DNA of 64,000 bases from Rhodanobacteraceae bacterium (GTDB taxonomy: Bacteria > Pseudomonadota > Gammaproteobacteria > Xanthomonadales > SZUA-5), in contig JADKFD010000003.1 of assembly GCA_016717705.1 (NCBI GenBank), positions 73,892 to 137,891 on the forward strand. The letters are read 5' to 3'. Shown here piece by piece: positions 55,390 through 64,000 of this stretch. The number at the start of each line of letters is the position of its first letter. The stretch's first letter is position 1. The notes under the pieces were generated by a model. The model made no database searches. It was not told the origin of the DNA and was given only the letters and a program-made list of their open reading frames with translations. The position numbers were made by a program, and so were the translations under genes.

Positions 55390-57846
55390 ATGGCTTCGTC
55401 TCTGCGCTCCTCGCAATGCCAAGGTTCACGGTTCGTGCGTCCGCACTGGGGTCGATTAGACTACGCCCCGACCGCTACGGAGCCAGGCGCGTTGGATCCC
55501 ACCCTCGAAACCGCTGCGAATCGGCTGCTCATTCAGGCATTGCAACACGCTCCTGCCGAGCGCGCGAGCTGGGTGCGCGGGCAATCGGCCCCTGTTGCGG
55601 TCATCGAGTGCGTACTCCGCCAGTTGCGGCTGGCTGAAGTCACCGCTGAAAGCCCGGCGACTGCACCTCAATTCGACGCTGCGCCGTCTGCGGATTTACC
55701 CAGGCCTGGCGCCCGGCTGGGTGCGTGGGAACTCATCCGCGAACTCGACGCTGGCGGCATGGGCGTCGTCTACCTGGCGCGGCGAGCCGATCAGAGTTAC
55801 GACAAACAGGTGGCGATCAAGTTCGTCCGCGTCGATCCCATGCTGCCGGCGTGGATGCGTGCCGACCTGATTGCGCGCTTCGAGAACGAGCGGCGCCTTC
55901 TGGCGCGCCTCGACCATCCGCACATCGCGCGTATTCTCGATGGTGGTCGCAGCCAGGCCGGCGTACCGTATCTGGTGATGGAGTTCGTCGATGGCGATTC
56001 GCTGACGGAATATTGCAATCGCGGCGGACTCGATATTCCGGCGCGGCTGGCCTTGTTCCGTCGCGTGTGCGAGGCGGTTCAAGCGGCGCACCGACATCTG
56101 ATCGTGCACCGCGACATCAAGCCGCAGAACATTCTGGTCGATCGCGAGGGCGAGCCGCGCCTGCTCGATTTCGGCATTGCGCGCCTGCTCGCGGAGGGTG
56201 GCGGCGACGAAATGCAGACCACCGGCATGGCGATGACGCCGACTTATGCCAGCCCTGAACAGTTGCGCGGCGAACCGCTGACGACGGCTTCCGATGTGTA
56301 TTCGCTGGGCGTGGTGCTGTTCGAGTTGCTCAGCGGCACGCGACCTTACGAACTGGCGGGATTGAGCCCCGCCGAAAGTGAACGCCTGGTCTGCGAGACC
56401 ACGCCGCCGACCTTGCGGCGCGCGCTGACGCAGGGCGAGTTGGCGCCGCAGGAACGCGAGGCGCGCACGCGCGCGGTGCGCGGTGACCTCGAGCGTCTCG
56501 TCGCCCAGGCGCTGCACAAGGATCCTTTGCTGCGGTATGGATCGGCCCAGGCGCTTGCCGACGATGTTGGGCGCTACCTGTCGGGAATGCCGGTGCTGGC
56601 GCATCCGGATTCGCTCTCCTATCGAGCCAGCAAGTTCTTGCGGCGACACAAGTTCGGCAGCGCAGCGGCGGCGGTCGCGCTGGTCCTGCTGCTGACCGCC
56701 GGGTCGATCGCCGCCTGGCAATGGCGCGAGGCCACCGGTGCGGCGCAGGACACGACTCAGGTCAACGCCTTCCTGCTCGACATCATGCGGGTTTCCAACC
56801 CCTACGCCAGCGGCTCGGAGATCACGCTGGCGCAGGCGCTCGACGAGGCCAGCGCGCTGGTAGATCAGCGCTTCAGTGGAAGACCCGACCTGGCCGTCGG
56901 CATCCGTACGGCATTGGGCGAAAGCTTGTTCGCACGCTATCGCCTGGACGCGGCCGAAGCGCAGTTGCGTCGGGCGACTGCCGACGGCGAGCGCTTGTTC
57001 GGGCGCGACGACATTCGCACCGTGCAGGCCTTGGCGACGCTTGCCAGCGTGGTCAAGGAGAGTAACCGCATCGACGATGCGCAGGCGCTGTTCGACGATG
57101 CGCTGGCGCGGCTGGAGCGGGCCGGCCATGCCGGGGATCCGCTATACGCCAGCGTGCTCAACGACCTCGGCGTGATGCACCTGTTGAACGAGAACTTCGA
57201 GACTGCACGGAAGTATCTCGAACGTGCGCTTGCCGTCGCTGCGGGAGCCACCGAGGAGCGCGCGCGCACGGTGGCCAATCTGGCCCAAGCGTCACGCGGT
57301 GTGGGTGATCTTGACCGCGCCGAGGCGCTCTATCGCGAAGCACAGCCTATTCTGCAATCGCTTTACCCGGACGGCGGACCGCACCTGGCGGTGTTGCTCA
57401 ACAACCGCGCGCGTCTGGCGTGGGAGCGCGATCGCCCGGAAGAGGCGATCGATTTGCAGAAGCAGGCGGTCGCCATGCACCAGCGCTCATTCCGTGGCGA
57501 TCACGTGATGATTCTGGTGCCGATGACCAATCTGGCCCGGATGGCGCTGGACGTGGGCGACACCGCAGTGGGCGTCGAATGGGCTGATCAGGCGGTCGCC
57601 ATGGCGGATCGTTTGTACGCGCAGGCGGCGCATCCGTATCAGATCAACGCGCTGGCCGCGCTGGTGGAGGCGCGCCTCGCGCAGCAGCGTGTCGACGAGG
57701 CGATCACCACGGCGGTGCAGATGCAAAGCGTCCTGGCGGGTCTTGACTCGGCGCCGGAATCGACCGTCCAATTTGCGGCCGACGTGGTAGAGCAGGCTTG
57801 CGCAGTCGCGACGGCGCCCAGTGGGCTGGTTTGCGAGGATCGATGA
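55390..57846 (+). CDS. Serine/threonine protein kinase with a transmembrane segment and a C-terminal TPR region (start uncertain)
   Basis: Hanks kinase motifs GAGGMGVVYLA, VAIKFV, HRDIKPQNILV, DFGIA and TPTYASPEQ. A TM helix (AAAAVALVLLLTAGSIAAW) is followed by TPR-like repeats. Confidence 0.85.
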   Translation: MASSLRSSQCQGSRFVRPHWGRLDYAPTATEPGALDPTLETAANRLLIQALQHAPAERASWVRGQSAPVAVIECVLRQLRLAEVTAESPATAPQFDAAPSADLPRPGARLGAWELIRELDAGGMGVVYLARRADQSYDKQVAIKFVRVDPMLPAWMRADLIARFENERRLLARLDHPHIARILDGGRSQAGVPYLVMEFVDGDSLTEYCNRGGLDIPARLALFRRVCEAVQAAHRHLIVHRDIKPQNILVDREGEPRLLDFGIARLLAEGGGDEMQTTGMAMTPTYASPEQLRGEPLTTASDVYSLGVVLFELLSGTRPYELAGLSPAESERLVCETTPPTLRRALTQGELAPQEREARTRAVRGDLERLVAQALHKDPLLRYGSAQALADDVGRYLSGMPVLAHPDSLSYRASKFLRRHKFGSAAAAVALVLLLTAGSIAAWQWREATGAAQDTTQVNAFLLDIMRVSNPYASGSEITLAQALDEASALVDQRFSGRPDLAVGIRTALGESLFARYRLDAAEAQLRRATADGERLFGRDDIRTVQALATLASVVKESNRIDDAQALFDDALARLERAGHAGDPLYASVLNDLGVMHLLNENFETARKYLERALAVAAGATEERARTVANLAQASRGVGDLDRAEALYREAQPILQSLYPDGGPHLAVLLNNRARLAWERDRPEEAIDLQKQAVAMHQRSFRGDHVMILVPMTNLARMALDVGDTAVGVEWADQAVAMADRLYAQAAHPYQINALAALVEARLAQQRVDEAITTAVQMQSVLAGLDSAPESTVQFAADVVEQACAVATAPSGLVCEDR

Positions 57847-58190
57847 GGGTTTCCGCTGCGCCTTGAGAACAGGGGACAACAACAGGGACTGTCGAGTTTC
57901 GGAAATTTCCTACGCGCCATCGGGCTAATCCCTGACTGTGGCGAAGCGCCGAAACCCGCGCAAGGCGTGCCCCCCGGATGTTGGGTGGTACCCGCACACA
58001 GCTTCACCGTGCGGATTCCACCGATTCGCGCACATTACCGTGGGCTCGCGGCGGTCCGAACGGCGGAATCCGCGGAGATGGAACGCGGCATTTCCGTTGT
58101 CAGAAGCAGCACGTCGGATGCGGTGAGCTCGCGCACCGTATCGATCGCGAACCGGCACCAATCGATGCGGTTCGTTCCACTCAACGCATC

Positions 58191-58814
58191 CTACTCAACG
58201 CGATTGCGCCGCATCGCCGGTGCCACCTGCGGCAACTCATCGGCGCGCTGGGCAATGGCGTACAGGCGCGGCGCATTCTGCGTGAACCACGGTCGGCGCG
58301 GACTCCAGGTGCTCATCACGGCGACGTAGGCGTCGAGCATGCTCGGCTGTTCGCCGCAGAACCATGGCGACAGCGCGGCCTGATCCACCTGTTGCAAGAG
58401 TGCCTTGCGCCGCGATTTGGTCGACGCCACCAGTTCGCGCTGCGCCGTCTCATCGGCTACGTAGCGCTGCGGGAAATCGCCGTAGCTGAAGGTCGGATAG
58501 ACGGTGGTCACCAGGAACATCAGCCAGCGCAGCGCATGCAGGCGTTCGGCGCTGCCGCGCGCGGGCAATAGCCCGGCGTCGGGACAGGTCTCGTCCAGCC
58601 ACAGCACGATGGCGGCGCTTTCGGTCAGCACCTGACCGTTGTCCAGAATCAGCGTCGGCAATTGATGCAAGGGATTGGCGACGAGCAGGCGCGAATGCGA
58701 GCGCGCCTGGACTTGCTCCCAGGTCATGACCTCGCGTTCGTAGGGAACCCCCGCCCAATCGAGTGCAATTTCGGCGAGGGCGGAGCCGGTTCCCGCAGCG
58801 GCATAGAGCAGCAT
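58191..58814 (-). CDS. Glutathione S-transferase family protein
   Basis: MLLYAAAGTGSALAEIALDWAGVPYE...NPLHQLPTLILDNGQVLTESAAIVLWL... An alternative GTG start is at 58820. Confidence 0.75.
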   Translation of the reverse strand: MLLYAAAGTGSALAEIALDWAGVPYEREVMTWEQVQARSHSRLLVANPLHQLPTLILDNGQVLTESAAIVLWLDETCPDAGLLPARGSAERLHALRWLMFLVTTVYPTFSYGDFPQRYVADETAQRELVASTKSRRKALLQQVDQAALSPWFCGEQPSMLDAYVAVMSTWSPRRPWFTQNAPRLYAIAQRADELPQVAPAMRRNRVE

Positions 58815-58826
58815 GAACACCTCACT

Positions 58827-59007
58827 CGTAGGTCACGCTGGCCCGAAGGGTCTACGTGACAATGACCGCGGCCGGTGTCACGTAGGCCCTTCGGGCCAAC
58901 GTGACCTACGGCTCGTCGTGGCCCGTGCCCGTAGGTTGGGCAGCGCTTCACCTGCTCAACACGGCAGCCGCCCGACGTTGGGCACGATGGAGCCGTGCCC
59001 AACCTAC
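58827..59007. repeat. Cluster of REP-type palindromes (CGTAGG...CCTACG types)
   Basis: cgtaggtcacgctggcccgaagggtctacg (58827-56), cgtaggcccttcgggccaacgtgacctacg (58881-910), cgtaggttgggca (58930-42) and gttgggcacgatggagccgtgcccaacctac (58977-59007). Confidence 0.75.
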
Positions 59008-59012
59008 CATTC

Positions 59013-61050
<2,038 letters not shown>

Positions 61051-61149
61051 TTGTAGCGCAGCGGACTGGCAGCGGCGATCCGGCCCGCCGCATGGAGACT
61101 TCGCCGCCGTTGGCGGCGCGCGCGGCTTTGGTAGCGCACCGCGCGGTGC

Positions 61150-61197
61150 GGGAGGGGGGGGGGGGGGGGGGGGGGGGGGCGCCCCGGGGCGCGGGCG
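61150..61197. other. Homopolymer block with a 26-nt G run; probable sequence artefact
   Basis: gggag followed by G x26 (61154-61179), then cgccccggggcgcgggcgg. It lies between the thiC leader and the stop of the S9 peptidase gene. Confidence 0.7.
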
Positions 61198-61216
61198 GTT
61201 CATGCGCGCACCCGAG

Positions 61217-63296
61217 TCACCGCAACTCGCGCGCGAAGAAGGTCCACGCCAGCGCGGTCATGAAGGCGCGCTGGGGGTTATCGGCGGAACCGGCGTGGCC
61301 ACCTTCCATGTTCTCGTAATAGAGCACGTCGTGGCCCTGGGCTTTCATCTTCGCCACCATCTTGCGCGCGTGGCCGGGATGCACGCGGTCGTCGCGGGTC
61401 GAGGTGGTGAACAGCGTGCGCGGGTATTTCACGTCCGCCTTGACGTTGTGGTACGGCGAGAAGGTCTGGATGAACTTCCATTCTTGCGGATCGTCGGGAT
61501 TGCCGTATTCGCCCATCCACGAAGCACCGGCCAGCAGCGTGTGGTAGCGCTGCATGTCGAGCAGCGGCACCTGGCAGACGATGGCGCCGAACAATTCCGG
61601 GTACAGCGTGAGCATGTTGCCCATCAGCAGGCCGCCGTTGGAACCGCCCATGGTGCCCAGGTGCGGGGTCGAGGTGACCTTGCGGGCGATCAGATCCATG
61701 GCGACCGCCGCGAAATCCTCATAGGCCTTGTGGCGATTGGCCTTGAGCGCCGCCTGATGCCATTTGGGCCCGAATTCGCCGCCTCCGCGGATATTGGCCA
61801 GCACGTAGACGCCGCCCTTGTTGAGCCAGGCATCGCCGATATTGGCCAGAGTAGTTGGGCGTCATCGACACTTCAAAGCCACCGTATCCATAGAGCACGG
61901 TCGGATTGCTGCCGTCGAGTACCAGGTCCTTTCTCGCCACCTGGAAATACGGCACGCGAGTGCCATCAGCGGATTTGGCCTCGTGCTGGCTGACTGTCAG
62001 TTTACTGGCGTCGAAGAAGGCCGGCAGCGACTTCAGCAGTTCCGGCTTGCCCTTGCCCACTTCACCGTAGAGCAGGCTGGTCGGGGTCAGAAAATCGGTC
62101 GCGGTGACAAAGTAGGCGTCGGAATCGCGCGCGTCGACGCCGTTGACACTGACCGTGCCGAACTCCGGCAAGCCGGGCAGCGCTTCGCGCGTCCAGCCCT
62201 TCTCGCCCGGCGTCCACACGTAGACGCGGTTCTTCACGTTGTCGAGTTCGTTGACGATGATGTGATGGCGCGTCGGCGAGTAGCCGGCCAGCGAGGAACG
62301 ATCGGTGGGCGTGAACAGCGATTCGAACTCGCGCTTGCCGGCCATGAAATCGTCGAGCCGGGTTGCCAGCAGCGATCCAGCCGGCCAGGTCTTGCCGGCA
62401 ACGGCGTAGTCATCGCGCAGTTCCAGCAGCAGCCACTCCCGGTGCAGATTGGCGTTGGCGCTGTCCGGCTTGTCGATCTTGACCAGCTTGCCATCCTGGA
62501 GCAGGAACATCTCGTTGCTGTAAAAAGTGACTCCACGCAGGATGCCCTGGCGCTCGAAACCCGGCGTGGTGTCGGCGAAGGCGCCGTCCCACACATCCTC
62601 CACCTGGCCCTCGTAGACGGTCTGCGCGGCCGTCAGCGGCGTACCGCGCTTCCAGCGCTTGGCGATGCGCGGATAACCGGAATTGGTCAGCGAACCGGTG
62701 CCAAAATCGGTGCCGACGAACAGCGTATCGGCGTCGATCCAACTGGCGCCACTCTTGGCTTCAGGCAATTCGAAGCCGCCCTTGACGAAAGCCTTGGCTA
62801 CGGTGTCGAACTCGCGCACGACGGTCGCATCGGCGCCGCCGCGCGACAGCGACAGCAGGCACAACCGGTTTTCCGGCTCCAGGCAATCGGCACCGGAAAA
62901 CACCCAGTTCTCGCTTTCCGCCGTCGCCAGCGCATCGACGTCCAGCACCAGTTCCCAGACGGGGTCGGCCTTGCGGTACTCGGCCAGCGTGGTGCGCCGC
63001 CAGATGCCGCGCACGTGCTCGGCGTCACGCCAGAAGTTGTAGTAGTACTCGCCCTGCTTGCCGACGTAGGCGATCTTCTCTTCCGAATCAAGGATCTCCA
63101 GCGTGCGCTTCTGGATGCGCTTGAAGTCGCCCGAGCGCGTCAATTCACTGACACTGTCGGCGTTCTGCTGCTTGACCCAATCCAGCGCCTTGGCGTCCTC
63201 GACACCCTCCAACCATTGATTCGGATCGGCTGCGGTCGTGTCGGCATAGGCATTCATGGCGAGCATCAAGGGGACGATCAAGGTCAACGGGCGCAC
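61217..63296 (-). pseudogene. Prolyl oligopeptidase (S9 family) with signal peptide, frameshifted at 61844-61847 (likely sequencing error)
   Basis: N-terminal ORF (GTG 63296) MRPLTLIVPLMLAMNAYA... ends ...YGYGGFEVSMTPNYS. The C-terminal ORF carries the catalytic GGSNGG, D and H contexts. Removing one G from TCTGGCCAAT restores NYSANIGDAWLNKGGVYVLANIRGGGEFG. Confidence 0.85.
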
Positions 63297-63378
63297 GTCG
63301 CGGCTCCGAACTGGCGTAAGGCGGGCACCCTAGTCTCCTGCGCGCGCCGCGTCCATGGGTCGGAGGTCCGGGGGGTTC

Positions 63379-63451
63379 GGCCGGGTGTTGTGGGGTCTTG
63401 GTTGTGGGTTGTGGGGTCGGTTGTTGGTCGTTGGTTGTTGGTTGTTGGTTG
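63379..63451. repeat. TTGGTTG/TTGTGGG heptamer array adjoining a GGCCGGG junction
   Basis: ggccgggtgttgtggggtcttggttgtgggttgtggggtcggttgttggtcgttggttgttggttgttggttg. It lies in the divergent region between the S9 peptidase and TetR genes. Confidence 0.75.
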
Positions 63452-63576
63452 AAGCGCTCGCGCGAGCCGCTCTCCACAAGTCTGGCGTGGATTCACGGCG
63501 AAATTGCAGGAGCGCGCTTGCGCGCGATGCCTTTCGCCATGCCATGGCGCACTTGCCAGCGCCTTGTCTCGGGAGT

Positions 63577-63598
63577 AAATTACTGACCAGTCAGTTAT
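63577..63598. promoter_or_regulatory. Candidate TetR operator palindrome
   Basis: AATTACTGAC-CA-GTCAGTTATT: 10-bp inverted arms with one mismatch, ending 17 nt upstream of the tetR-family start codon. Confidence 0.55.
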
Positions 63599-63614
63599 TA
63601 ATGCCATCCCACTC

Positions 63615-64000
63615 ATGCCGGCCTCCGCCAGATCTCGACCCCAAGCCGAAGCGCAGACGCCGACGCCAGCACCGACACACCGCCGACGCAAGGACGCGCG
63701 ACCGGGGGAAATCGTCGATGCGGCGCTGTCGCTGTTCGTCGAGCGTGGCTTCGCTGCCACGCGCCTCGACGACGTGGCCGAACGTGCCGGGGTCAGCAAG
63801 GGCACCGTCTACCTGTATTTCGACAGCAAGGAGGCCCTGCTGGCGGAAGCGGTGGGACGCGATATCGGCCCGATGCTGGGAGAATTTGCACGCCGGATCG
63901 ACGACGAGTCACTGTCGGCCAGCGCCTTGATCGAGATCTTCATGCGCCGCTGGTGGTCCTTGCTGAGCGCTTCGAAGCTGCAGGGCGTACCCAAGCTGAT
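63615..64000 (+). CDS. TetR/AcrR family transcriptional regulator (5' part; continues past the window end)
   Basis: Frame 3 is open from the ATG at 63615 to the window end. The HTH region is EIVDAALSLFVERGFAATRLDDVAERAGVSKGTVYLYFDSKEALL. It is absent from the ORF track because no stop lies in the window. Confidence 0.8.
   Translation, partial: MPASARSRPQAEAQTPTPAPTHRRRKDARPGEIVDAALSLFVERGFAATRLDDVAERAGVSKGTVYLYFDSKEALLAEAVGRDIGPMLGEFARRIDDESLSASALIEIFMRRWWSLLSASKLQGVPKL

Overview
High-GC (roughly 68-70%) chromosomal segment. Gene content and REP-type repeats suggest a Xanthomonadales/Lysobacterales-like gammaproteobacterium (inferred, not verified). Most of it is core genome: hda, rimO, tsaB, creD, ychF-pth-rplY-prs-tRNA(Gln)-ispE-lolB, hemA-prfA, a complete ccmABCDEFGHI operon, ilvA, pepQ, and thiC with its TPP riboswitch. 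Interspersed accessory-looking loci are a LemA/M48 peptidase pair, a GMC oxidoreductase, a stand-alone EAL protein, a circularly permuted ATP-grasp/alpha-E/transglutaminase triad, and a Ser/Thr kinase-TPR protein next to a secreted 7-blade repeat protein. I saw no cas genes, CRISPR array, integrase, transposase, phage genes or rRNA. Gene annotation leaves three things unexplained. (1) A set of intergenic elements ends in tandem heptamer arrays (GTGAGTA, GTGAAAC, GGGACCC, TTGGTTG, CGGATTT and similar). The GTGA-type arrays put stop codons in all three frames facing outward and supply the stop codons of hemA and pth. (2) Six low-complexity blocks are almost missing one or two bases (26-nt poly-C, 22- and 26-nt poly-G, a 316-nt stretch with 2 T). 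They sit where conserved sequence is expected and create false fusion ORFs. (3) Five clear single-base frameshifts (thiC, ilvA, an S9 peptidase, a MOSC gene, a DUF3025 gene), one more that is not localised (M48 peptidase), and two weaker candidates (tsaB, ccmH). The four best-resolved are a one-base insertion in a 2-3 nt G/C run. Items 2 and 3 look like data-quality artefacts and should be resolved before any biological reading. I did not find a convincing, clearly novel multi-gene system. The best candidates are the heptamer-array elements and the poorly characterised ATP-grasp/alpha-E/transglutaminase and kinase/propeller loci.
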